A stretch of 64,000 nt of DNA, from contig DAOSNS010000023.1 in NCBI GenBank assembly GCA_035373625.1, positions 7,890 to 71,889 of the forward strand, read 5' to 3'. Of the stretch, positions 29,158-37,464 are shown in pieces. The DNA is from Anaerolineae bacterium (GTDB taxonomy: Bacteria > Chloroflexota > Anaerolineae > B4-G1 > SLSP01). Within the stretch, counting starts at the first letter, position 1. Each line of letters begins with the position of its first letter. The notes beneath the pieces are model-generated. The model was not told where the DNA came from, searched no databases, and saw nothing but the letters and a program-made list of their open reading frames with translations. The translations under genes and the position numbers were made by a program.

Positions 29158-29631
29158 CTACATTAACACTGCCAGCACGATCATCAGCACACCCATCGCC
29201 GCATTGACGACACCGAACAACAGGACGGTGTTGTGCATCCAGGGCTTTCCCACCTTCAGAGCTGCCTGCGCCGGGACGATTGGATTATACCGCACGGTGA
29301 CAGCCTTGCCCGCCGGGAATGCCGCAGCCACCGTGGCTGCCTGCCGTTCATCGGGGTAAGAGGCAAGGTAATACGGGACAAAATCGCGCTTCTCGGAGGT
29401 ATAGCGTTGTCCTGCGACGGTATAGGCGTATTCGACGACCGGAGTGAAGGTGATGCTGGTCTCCTGCGGCGTGCGGCGCTCGTGACGGTAGACGAACGCC
29501 CGCAGCACTTCGCCGGCCGCTTTCGGCCAGTTCGCCGGTCCCTGGAAACTCCGTTTGGTCACGATTGTGGCGATCACGTAGACCGCGCCAAAGACGATCA
29601 GACACGCGCCGAAAACGATCAAGAATGGCAT
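29158..29631 (-). CDS. DUF3592-like membrane protein (TM, beta domain, TM)
   Basis: N- and C-terminal hydrophobic helices flank a ~100-aa soluble segment. SD AAGGAGG. Confidence 0.6.
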   Translation of the reverse strand: MPFLIVFGACLIVFGAVYVIATIVTKRSFQGPANWPKAAGEVLRAFVYRHERRTPQETSITFTPVVEYAYTVAGQRYTSEKRDFVPYYLASYPDERQAATVAAAFPAGKAVTVRYNPIVPAQAALKVGKPWMHNTVLLFGVVNAAMGVLMIVLAVLM

Positions 29632-29646
29632 TGTGTTCCTCCTTAT

Positions 29647-29694
29647 GTAGTCGGGTAGTCGGGTAGTTGGGTAGTCGAGTAGTCGGGTAGTCGA
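29647..29694. repeat. Six octamers GTAGTCGG (variants GTAGTTGG, GTAGTCGA)
   Basis: Read directly. Starts 16 nt upstream of the DUF3592 gene start codon, just beyond its SD. Confidence 0.95.
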
Positions 29695-29903
29695 ATTGAC
29701 GAAGATATGGTTGTGTTTACAGGATTATAATGCGAGGCGGATGCATGTCAACGTATCCGTCAGGGCTTTATCATTCTCGTTATTGTGACTTCGTCTGGCT
29801 GCGAGCGGATCACCCGTTTCTCAACCGCTTCAAGCGGATCGTCAGATCCGCGTTGGAGCGTCAGATCCGCTCAGTCAAATACCGCCGCAGAGATGCCTCG
29901 CCG

Positions 29904-31091
29904 CTACCGCACGCGGCAGGCATATTGATACGCAGCCTCGGCGACCGGCGCAAGGGTCTCCCAGGCAAAGCGGTCGCGCGCATCGAAGGCGGCGCGTTCG
30001 CCGAGCGATTGGCGCAGTGTGGCATCGCGCAGCAGCGACGTTACCGCGTCAATGAACGCCGCGTCATCGCCGGGCGGGACAAGCAGACCCGTTTCGCCGT
30101 GGCGGATGCTCTCCGCTACCTGCCCCACGGCGTCGGCGACGACGGGAACGCCCGCCGCTAACAAATCCAACAGCTTGACCGGGCACTTGGTGCGGTTGAG
30201 TAGCGTGTCATCGAAGGGATAGAGCGCCACATCCGCCTGGGCAAAATGCGCGGGCAAATCTTCCGGCGGAACCAGCCCGGCGTAGACAAGATCGGCATCC
30301 GGCGCGGGTGTCGTCCCTTCTGCCACCTGCCATCCCGATGTGCGAGCCTGTGCCAGCAGCGTCTCCTCTTCCGCAAAGAAGCCTTTCCCCACCACCCACA
30401 ACCGCACATCCGGCACACGCGCCCGCACGCCCTCGACGATGCGCCATAGCCGTTCTACTTTGTACTCGAAGAAGCGGGTGTAGAGCAGCAGTGTGGGGCG
30501 GCGCGCTATCCCGGACGTTTGTGGCGCCGTCATGCGCGGGATGCACCCGTTCGGCAGATAGAAGACCCGTTCCGGTGATCCGCCCGTCGCCCAGACGAGC
30601 GTTTGCAGCGCACGACTGGCAACGGTGACAGCAGCGGCATGCGTCAGTCCCCACCGCTCCTGCCACGCAAAGAAACGCTTGAGCAATGCCGGATAGGGAT
30701 TGACGTCGTTCCAGCCGCCGTAGCCCTCCCAATCGTCGGTGTCCACGATCACCGGGAAACGGCGACGCAGTGCCAGATGTGCCAATCCTGCATAGGCTTT
30801 GGGCTTGAAAGTGTGGATAACATCCGGTCCGAGGGCCACGGCGCGCCGCACCAACGCCGCCGTCAGCTGCCAGTGGAACCAGCCCGGCACTCCCATCGGC
30901 AGCGCGACGTTTTCGACCTGCACGCCGCCGTCATCCCAGGACTTGCCCGCGTCTTCGGGATTTTGCCAGGGTGGGAGTATCAGCGTGACGCTATGCCCGC
31001 GCGCGACGAGGGCCTGCGCCAGCGGCAGCGCTCGCACACTCATCGTGCCGCGCGGACGTAGCCCGAATGGGCCGATCATTACGATGCGCAC
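29904..31091 (-). CDS. Glycosyltransferase family 4 (GT-B fold)
   Basis: C-terminal ETGLLVPPGDDAAFIDAV region typical of GT4. GTG start. Confidence 0.8.
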   Translation of the reverse strand: MRIVMIGPFGLRPRGTMSVRALPLAQALVARGHSVTLILPPWQNPEDAGKSWDDGGVQVENVALPMGVPGWFHWQLTAALVRRAVALGPDVIHTFKPKAYAGLAHLALRRRFPVIVDTDDWEGYGGWNDVNPYPALLKRFFAWQERWGLTHAAAVTVASRALQTLVWATGGSPERVFYLPNGCIPRMTAPQTSGIARRPTLLLYTRFFEYKVERLWRIVEGVRARVPDVRLWVVGKGFFAEEETLLAQARTSGWQVAEGTTPAPDADLVYAGLVPPEDLPAHFAQADVALYPFDDTLLNRTKCPVKLLDLLAAGVPVVADAVGQVAESIRHGETGLLVPPGDDAAFIDAVTSLLRDATLRQSLGERAAFDARDRFAWETLAPVAEAAYQYACRVR

Positions 31092-31109
31092 GGCGTCCCC
31101 TCAATTTTC

Positions 31110-31178
31110 GTCAACGGATTAAACGGATTTAACGGATTAGGAAATGCTAATCTGCTTAATCCGCTAAATCTGCTGACC
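31110..31178. repeat. AACGGATT-type nonamer module (x3) followed by GCTAATC-type words; left copy of a 34-nt direct repeat
   Basis: GTCAACGGATTAAACGGATTTAACGGATTAGGAA matches 31785-31818 at 30 of 34 positions. Confidence 0.85.
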
Positions 31179-31212
31179 AAATTATCATACGTTGACAGTA
31201 CACAACCACGCA

Positions 31213-31761
31213 TCAGTGCGCCTCATGGTAGCGGGTGGTGAAATCGGCATCGTGAACCAATCCCCAAATCACATCGGCGACTTCGCCAGGCGTTAGTGAC
31301 GTGGTATCCACCACGTAGCCCAGATCGCCGTTGCGCGCCGCTGCTTCCTGGATGCGCATCAACTCCACCGCGCGGTTGAGATGCCAGGCCACTTCATCGG
31401 GTGAACGTGAAGAGTCACGGAGACGTTGTTCGATCACCGGCGCGTCGCACACGAGGCGGAAGACGTAGATTTCATCGTCCAGGTCGGCGAGTAGTGTCCG
31501 CAAGCGCGCCAGCGATTCCGGCGACTCAAAGACGTAGGGGATGACGAAGTTGTGATAATCGCCATGCTCGATGTGAAACGCGATCAGATGCCGCAGCGTT
31601 TGATAGAGATGCTCGATACGCACATCGTCGTAGATCTCGAACGGATGCACCGCGCCGATGTAGTCACCGTCAAGGAAGACGGCGCGGTTGAATTTCTGGG
31701 TTACAAGCTCACCCGTGGTGCTCTTGCCGATGCCGCAAGGACCGTTGATGATGATGATCAT
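31213..31761 (-). CDS. P-loop NTPase / small-molecule kinase-like protein
   Basis: Walker A INGPCGIGKST. No further specific motif recognised. Confidence 0.6.
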   Translation of the reverse strand: MIIIINGPCGIGKSTTGELVTQKFNRAVFLDGDYIGAVHPFEIYDDVRIEHLYQTLRHLIAFHIEHGDYHNFVIPYVFESPESLARLRTLLADLDDEIYVFRLVCDAPVIEQRLRDSSRSPDEVAWHLNRAVELMRIQEAAARNGDLGYVVDTTSLTPGEVADVIWGLVHDADFTTRYHEAH

Positions 31762-31784
31762 GGTACTTGGTCTCCTTCAAAAGT

Positions 31785-31858
31785 GTCAACGGGTTAAACG
31801 GATGAAACGGATCAGGAAGATAAAAAATCCGTTAAAATCCGTTCAATGTCCGTTGACA
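31785..31858. repeat. AACGG(A/G)T-type module (x3) plus inverted AAAATCCGTT words; right copy of the 34-nt direct repeat
   Basis: GTCAACGGGTTAAACGGATGAAACGGATCAGGAA, then AAAATCCGTTAAAATCCGTTCAATGTCCGTTGAC. Overlaps the rnhB 3' end. Confidence 0.85.
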
Positions 31859-32477
31859 AACATAAGGCTACAGGGCGGAAAGTCAACCGGTGCAGCGGAC
31901 AGACGCCCAGGCGGTGCAACGCTTCCTGGTGTTGGCGCGTGCCGTAGCCTTTGTGCTGCGCGAAGCCGTAGCCGGGAAATTCTTTCTCCGCCACGTCCGC
32001 CATCCAGCGGTCCCGCGCGACTTTGGCGATAATGCTGGCTGCTGCCACCGACAGCGAGCGCGCGTCAGCGTAGGGGAAGGCATTCTGCGGCAAGTTGACG
32101 TCGGGCAGACGCAGTGCGTCAATCACCAGGGCGTCCGGGGTAACGGGTAGCGCCGCCAATGCCCGTTGCATCGCCAATCGCGTCGCCGGGACGATGCCGA
32201 GCGTGTCAATCTCATGCTGTTCGCTCCATCCTACCCCTACCGCCAGCGCTACGTCGCGGATACGAAGCGCCAACGTTTCACGCACGGCGGGCGATATTTG
32301 CTTGGAATCGCGCACGCCGGTCAGTGCCGCACAAATATCATCCCCAAGCGGCAAAATCACCGCCGCGGCGACCACCGGTCCGGCCCACGCTCCTCGCCCG
32401 GCCTCATCCAGCCCCGCTACTCGCTGAAACCCCCGCGCCCAGAATCGTGCTTCTGCCTCAAGTGTTGGTAAGTTCAT
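31812..32477 (-). CDS. rnhB: Ribonuclease HII
   Basis: VAGLDEAGRGAWAGPVVAAAVIL...DSKQ...ASIIAKV. The last ~15 codons lie in the repeat module. Confidence 0.9.
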   Translation of the reverse strand: MNLPTLEAEARFWARGFQRVAGLDEAGRGAWAGPVVAAAVILPLGDDICAALTGVRDSKQISPAVRETLALRIRDVALAVGVGWSEQHEIDTLGIVPATRLAMQRALAALPVTPDALVIDALRLPDVNLPQNAFPYADARSLSVAAASIIAKVARDRWMADVAEKEFPGYGFAQHKGYGTRQHQEALHRLGVCPLHRLTFRPVALCLSTDIERILTDFLSS

Positions 32478-32478
32478 A

Positions 32479-32574
32479 TAGTCAGGTAGTCAGGTAGTCG
32501 GATAGTCAGGTAGTCGGATAGTCGGATAGTCGGATAGTCAGGTAGTCAGGTAGTCAGGTAGTCGGATAGTCAAC
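32479..32574. repeat. 12 octamers TAGTCAGG / TAGTCGGA
   Basis: Read directly. The tract starts 1 nt upstream of the rnhB ATG (32477). Confidence 0.95.
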
Positions 32575-32580
32575 CGCTGA

Positions 32581-32678
32581 TTCGCCATTTGCCATTCGCC
32601 ATTCGCCATTCGCCATTCACCATTCGCCATTCGCCATTTGCCATTTGCCATTCGCCATTCGCTATTCGCCATTCGCTT
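32581..32678. repeat. 14 heptamers TTCGCCA (variants TTTGCCA, TTCACCA, TTCGCTA)
   Basis: Read directly. Abuts the octamer tract with a 6-nt junction. Confidence 0.95.
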
Positions 32679-32810
32679 ATTCTGCCACACTCCGCCCAAT
32701 TGCCAAATGTGTATTTGCTTTTTTGCCTATGTCGTTTTATACTGAGTTTGCACAGGAAGCCGGTAGGGCAAATGCCCGATGCCGGGCTATAAAAAAGAGG
32801 AGGTTAAGGT

Positions 32811-34112
32811 ATGGGGTTGCTTGATGATCGTAGCGCAAAGCAACAAGAAGATGAACTTTTTGATCTCTTTGATGAGATGGGTGAGGAGCCGCCTGTACAA
32901 GAACCGCCGAAGGGGGGCAAGGAAAAAACGCCACGTTCCGGGCGTAAGCCACGTCCTCCTAAACCTGAGAAAGCCCCCAAGCCTGCCAGAGTATCTAAGA
33001 GGAGTCAGAAACGCGGCCAGAGCCAGGAGCTTAGCTCTACTCAGAAGTTAGTGTTGGTTTTTTTAGGCATTGTGGTCATCATTGTTTACCTGGTGCTATT
33101 ATCACTGCTGAGGCAAAATAAGCCGGCTACTTTTGCAACTGCCGTGACGGGGGGAGTTCCTACAGTCGCTCCTACAGCCTTTCAACCTAAGCCACCCACC
33201 TGGACCCCATCAACGTCATCTACGCAGGCGCTCCAGGCAAATCCGTCTACGTTGACGCCGGCGCCTTTGCCGCCGGCGGTGACAAAATTCGATGAGCATC
33301 TTGACCTTTATCCTGATGATATTGAGGTGCGTATTCAGCGTGGCAATGAATATTTGAAGTTGGGAGTTTACGAAGCGGCATTGAGTGATTTTGAGTATGC
33401 CCGGCAACTTGATGAAAAGCGCCCAGAAGTCTACCTCGGTATAGGACGCGCTTATTATCGGTTGCTTAACTGGCCTGAAGCAGAGAGCGCACTTTTGACT
33501 GCTGTGTCTTTCGATCCTGAGATGCCTGAACCCCGTTTTGACCTTGGTATGTTGTATTATCTTCAGGGACGCTTTCAGGAAGCTATAAGAGAGTTCGACC
33601 AGGCAGCAGAGTACAACCCCGACTATGCTGAAGCCGAAGCTTGGCTGGCTATTGCCTCGGCGCAATATGGAGATGCTAAAGAAGCCATGGCCGCATCTGG
33701 AAGAGCGATCAGTATTACCCGGGAAATCCCTATCGTGTATATTGCTCAGGCCTGGGCTTATCAGGTTCAAAATCCGCCGGATGTGGATTCGGCTCAAGCG
33801 GCTTTGCTTTATGCCCAGAAGTTGGCGCCTTATGACTTTGAGGTGCTTACAACAATGGCGCGTTTTTATAGCGATGTGCGGCCTGAGTTTTTGGCGGAAG
33901 CAGAACAACTCGCCTATCTGGCCCTTCAATGGGCCAGGAACGATTTGGAACGGGCGCGCGCTTTATACACATTGGGTCATGTTCTCCTGGCCCAAAATCG
34001 TAAAGATGAAGCCCGTAAGGCACTTATGGAGGCTGCTGATTTAACGCTCTATAATGACCAGGTGTTGTTATACGGCGTTGTCGAAGACATCAACCGCGCG
34101 CTTGCTCCATGA
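32811..34112 (+). CDS. TPR-repeat protein with basic N-terminus and one TM segment
   Basis: Lys/Pro-rich N-terminus, TM LVLVFLGIVVIIVYLVLLSLL, several 34-aa TPR-like repeats. SD GAGGAGG. Confidence 0.75.
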   Translation: MGLLDDRSAKQQEDELFDLFDEMGEEPPVQEPPKGGKEKTPRSGRKPRPPKPEKAPKPARVSKRSQKRGQSQELSSTQKLVLVFLGIVVIIVYLVLLSLLRQNKPATFATAVTGGVPTVAPTAFQPKPPTWTPSTSSTQALQANPSTLTPAPLPPAVTKFDEHLDLYPDDIEVRIQRGNEYLKLGVYEAALSDFEYARQLDEKRPEVYLGIGRAYYRLLNWPEAESALLTAVSFDPEMPEPRFDLGMLYYLQGRFQEAIREFDQAAEYNPDYAEAEAWLAIASAQYGDAKEAMAASGRAISITREIPIVYIAQAWAYQVQNPPDVDSAQAALLYAQKLAPYDFEVLTTMARFYSDVRPEFLAEAEQLAYLALQWARNDLERARALYTLGHVLLAQNRKDEARKALMEAADLTLYNDQVLLYGVVEDINRALAP

Positions 34113-34203
34113 CCTGGCCAGCCGGAAGCAAAAGCCGCAAAGGACGAAGGCCACAGATGTTCCAACATTCAAACGCTTTAACGCCTGGTTGGGGGAGGAA
34201 ATC

Positions 34204-35181
34204 GTGATTCCAAATCAATGGTATGTGGTGCTGGATTCTGCGCAGGTGAAAAACAAGCCGGTCGGCGTCACGCGCCTGGGAGAGAAGCTCGTCTTCTGGC
34301 GTGAGGCGACGGGGAAAGTGGCGTGTGTGCGTGATCGCTGCGTGCATCGCGGCGTGGCCTTGAGCAAGGGTAAGGTGATGTCCAATGGAACCCTGCAATG
34401 CCCTTTTCATGGCTTTGAGTACGATGCCAGCGGCAAGGTGACCAAAATCCCGGCGAACGGCAAACTCACGCCTGTGCCGGAGCGCTTCAAAGTCAACAGT
34501 TACCCCACGCACGAGGCACACGGCTTCATTTGGATTTGGTGGGGTGAAAATCCCCCAGAGGACCTCAAGCCGCCGCGTTTCTTCGAGGACATCACGCCGG
34601 ATTTCTCTTACGGTTCGGCGCGCGACCCGTGGAACGCGCATTATTCCCGCGTCATCGAGAATCAGCTTGATGTGGTGCATTTGCCTTTCGTTCACTACAA
34701 CACCATCGGGCGCGGCAATCGCGTGCTGGTCAACGGCCCGGTTGTCGAATGGCGCGGCGAGGATACGTTCCGGGTCTACGTTTTCAACGAGGAAGATCGC
34801 GGGCAAACACCGCGCAAGCCGGAGGACATCCCCGGCCCCTATCCTACCTTCCACCTGGAATTCCAGTTCCCCAATCTCTGGCAGAACTACATCAGCGATG
34901 ATGTGCGGGTTGTGGCCGCCTTTGTGCCTGTGGATATGGAACACACATTGCTATACCTGCGTTTCTACCAGCGTTTTATGCGTTTCCCCTTGCTGCGGGA
35001 TATTGTCAACACGCTGGCAATGCCGTTCAACGTCTATGTCGCCCATCAAGACCGCCGGGTTGTCATCACGCAGGTCCCCAAACCCTCGGCTCTGCGGATA
35101 GACGAAAAGCTGATCCAGGGCGACCGTCCCATCGTCGAATACCGACGCCGGCGCCAGGAATTGCTGGACGCCGCGCGTTGA
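34204..35181 (+). CDS. Rieske [2Fe-2S] domain oxygenase
   Basis: CVHRGVALS...CPFHGFEY. GGGAGGAAATC then GTG 34204 (track ORF begins 34054, overlapping the TPR gene). Confidence 0.8.
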   Translation: MIPNQWYVVLDSAQVKNKPVGVTRLGEKLVFWREATGKVACVRDRCVHRGVALSKGKVMSNGTLQCPFHGFEYDASGKVTKIPANGKLTPVPERFKVNSYPTHEAHGFIWIWWGENPPEDLKPPRFFEDITPDFSYGSARDPWNAHYSRVIENQLDVVHLPFVHYNTIGRGNRVLVNGPVVEWRGEDTFRVYVFNEEDRGQTPRKPEDIPGPYPTFHLEFQFPNLWQNYISDDVRVVAAFVPVDMEHTLLYLRFYQRFMRFPLLRDIVNTLAMPFNVYVAHQDRRVVITQVPKPSALRIDEKLIQGDRPIVEYRRRRQELLDAAR

Positions 35182-35199
35182 GTCCTCGACATAAAACAA

Positions 35200-35233
35200 A
35201 TGCAGCAGATTACACGAATGTAATCTGCTGCAT
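35200..35233. terminator. Bidirectional terminator hairpin between convergent genes
   Basis: ATGCAGCAGATTACA-CGAA-TGTAATCTGCTGCAT is a perfect 15-bp stem, with A-rich and T-rich flanks. Confidence 0.8.
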
Positions 35234-35252
35234 CGTTTGATAGCTATGTTGT

Positions 35253-37358
35253 TTAGCTCCTGCGTCGCCTGAGCGCCAGGAGCGCCACCGCAGCCAGGAT
35301 GAGGAGTACGGCCACACCACCGAGCCACGCGAGGGTGGGTTTTGAAGACGGTGTGGCCACCGGGGTCGGCGTGGGGGTGGCCGTGACAGGGTGCGGTGTT
35401 GCCGTTGGTACGGGTGTGGGGGTGGGAGTGTCCGCCGGGGGCCAGGGGGTGCTTGTCGGCGGGAACGGCTTCAGTTGCACATACCCGCTGTTTGTCTGCA
35501 TGTTGTTGTATTCGTCGCGTTCCACCACACGGCCGTCACCGCCTTCCGGTGCATCGTCCACCCAGGCGAGCACGACAAACGATCCTACATTTGCCGGTTC
35601 CCAACGCGCGTTGCCATCAGGGCCGTTGTTGGCAACGAGGATCATTTCTGAATTGGGGGGCAGAGGATAGGCCGTCTCGGCCCAACTGACGAGTTCGCCA
35701 TCCGCCCAGAAAGCACAGCGCAAGCCTCCCAGGACAGCAGTATTCCCCTGATTTTTGACAACGGCGCGGAAAGTGACCCCCGCGTCTCTGAGAAGTGGAT
35801 TTTCGAGCCACGTGACTTTGCTGACAATCAGATCGGGGCGTGCATCGGCAGGCGCGCTGACGTCACCGCTGGTGTCCGGCGTCGGCAAAGGGGTATCGTC
35901 GCGGTCGAAGACCCAGAACTCCCACAGGGAATAGCCCCATTGCGTTCCGCGCTGCAAACCTTCCATCCGCACATAGCGTCCGCGCGTTGTGATGTGATGG
36001 TCGTCCTGTCCGCCATCCCCTTGCGTTTCGTGGATGATATCCGTCCACGTCGCGCCGTCGTCGGAGACCTGTAATTTGTACTCCTTACCGTAGGCCGCCT
36101 CCCACACCAGCACGATGCGGGCAATGTCGCGGACCTCGCCCAGGTCAATGGTGATGGATTGTGGATCGGCATAGGCGGAAGACCAGCGTGAATTCAACCG
36201 CCCGTCCACGGCTTTTTCACCGGATAGGTCGCTGTTTTCCACCGAGGAGACGACGACAGGCCGCCCCACAGAGATGATGCCTTCGGGTGCGGGGAGTGGT
36301 GTGGGGGTGGGCACGGGGGTCGGTGTGGGGATGGGCGTTGCGGCGACGAGCCACTCCGGACGCACGGCCAGGTTGCGGATGCTGTAGGTGCTGGTGATGG
36401 CGACTTCCAGTCCCCAGCCGTGCAACGTGTCGAATGTGCCGTCTTCCGTCATATCCATTTCGGCGCAGTCGTTGTTCCCCGGCCCCCATGACCACGGCAG
36501 GTAACCGATCTCGTTGAGGGCACATTGCTCGATGATCGTTTGGTAGGGGATGCAGCAGCTACAGCCGGGCCCTTTGTTGGCGAACTCGCCGACGATGAGC
36601 GGCAGGTTCAGGTCTACCGATTCTTTGATTTCATCAATGACAAACTGCTCCACGCCGGCGCCGCGCCACGCACTGGGCCACCACATGTGGATGGAGAACA
36701 TCAAGTTGTGATCCGGGTCAATCTGGATGAGGTACGGTCCATTCTTCTGTAAGCCGTGAATGTCCTGCCCGTAACTGGAAGCATCAAGGATCAAGGGGAC
36801 ATGGATGCCGGCCGCGCGCATGCGCCAGATCGCCAGCGTGTACCCCGCGCGATAGGTATCGTCGGACACAAGCTCTTTGCCGGCCTCATTGGCGATGTTG
36901 ATCAGCAGGTATGCTTCGTGCTTTTTGATCACGGCCAGGACATCAGGACGCACCCAATAATCCACGCAGACTTGCAGATAATCCCATTTGCCTGTGGAAT
37001 CGTGGCAATCTATCATTGGGATCAGCTTATGGTTGACGGCATTGGTAATGGCAATATCCAGCTCTTCGGGCGAACCTTCCGTCAGCCAGACGATGCGCAC
37101 GACATTCGCGCCGGTTTTGGCGATTTCGGGAAACGCCGGGATGCCGTCGCGGTCGGTCCAGATGACCATTTTGTTTATGCCGTAGAGAATGACTTTGTTG
37201 CCGAAGCGGTCGTAGAGATGTCGCCCTTCGACGTGGAAGCCCGGGTACTGTCCCGTTTGCGCCGTTACAGGAACGCGGCTACTGCTCAACAGCAGTAAGC
37301 CGAGTGTTACCATCAAGCCGACCAAACCCCAACGCCGGAACACACGCTTTTTGCTCAT
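35253..37358 (-). CDS. Secreted GH5-like glycoside hydrolase with discoidin (F5/8 type C), CARDB-like domain, PT linker and C-terminal TM anchor
   Basis: NIANEAG and LIVGEFAN catalytic regions. Discoidin segment AVDGRLNSRWSS...YKLQVSDDGATW. PDLIVSKVTW...VKNQGN. Tail LAWLGGVAVLLILAAVALLALRRRRS. Confidence 0.8.
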   Translation of the reverse strand: MSKKRVFRRWGLVGLMVTLGLLLLSSSRVPVTAQTGQYPGFHVEGRHLYDRFGNKVILYGINKMVIWTDRDGIPAFPEIAKTGANVVRIVWLTEGSPEELDIAITNAVNHKLIPMIDCHDSTGKWDYLQVCVDYWVRPDVLAVIKKHEAYLLINIANEAGKELVSDDTYRAGYTLAIWRMRAAGIHVPLILDASSYGQDIHGLQKNGPYLIQIDPDHNLMFSIHMWWPSAWRGAGVEQFVIDEIKESVDLNLPLIVGEFANKGPGCSCCIPYQTIIEQCALNEIGYLPWSWGPGNNDCAEMDMTEDGTFDTLHGWGLEVAITSTYSIRNLAVRPEWLVAATPIPTPTPVPTPTPLPAPEGIISVGRPVVVSSVENSDLSGEKAVDGRLNSRWSSAYADPQSITIDLGEVRDIARIVLVWEAAYGKEYKLQVSDDGATWTDIIHETQGDGGQDDHHITTRGRYVRMEGLQRGTQWGYSLWEFWVFDRDDTPLPTPDTSGDVSAPADARPDLIVSKVTWLENPLLRDAGVTFRAVVKNQGNTAVLGGLRCAFWADGELVSWAETAYPLPPNSEMILVANNGPDGNARWEPANVGSFVVLAWVDDAPEGGDGRVVERDEYNNMQTNSGYVQLKPFPPTSTPWPPADTPTPTPVPTATPHPVTATPTPTPVATPSSKPTLAWLGGVAVLLILAAVALLALRRRRS

Positions 37359-37464
37359 AAGGCATACCCCCTTTGAAAATAGCGATTTCAGATCAAAAAA
37401 ATCTTTAGTTACCTGGAGTTCTTTGTGGTTGGTAGACCTTTTTTCAGGAGGGTCATAGATAAGT

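Noticed and set aside
29730-30161. 143-aa plus-strand ORF starting near a TATAAT-like box
   Set aside because: About 60 percent of it is antisense to the GT4 gene. There is no SD and no motif. Only the first ~58 codons are intergenic, and they are repeat-rich.
32589-32792. 67-aa ORF MPFAIRHSPFTIRHSPF...
   Set aside because: It is a translation of the TTCGCCA heptamer tract (7 nt x 3 = 7-aa periodicity), with no SD.
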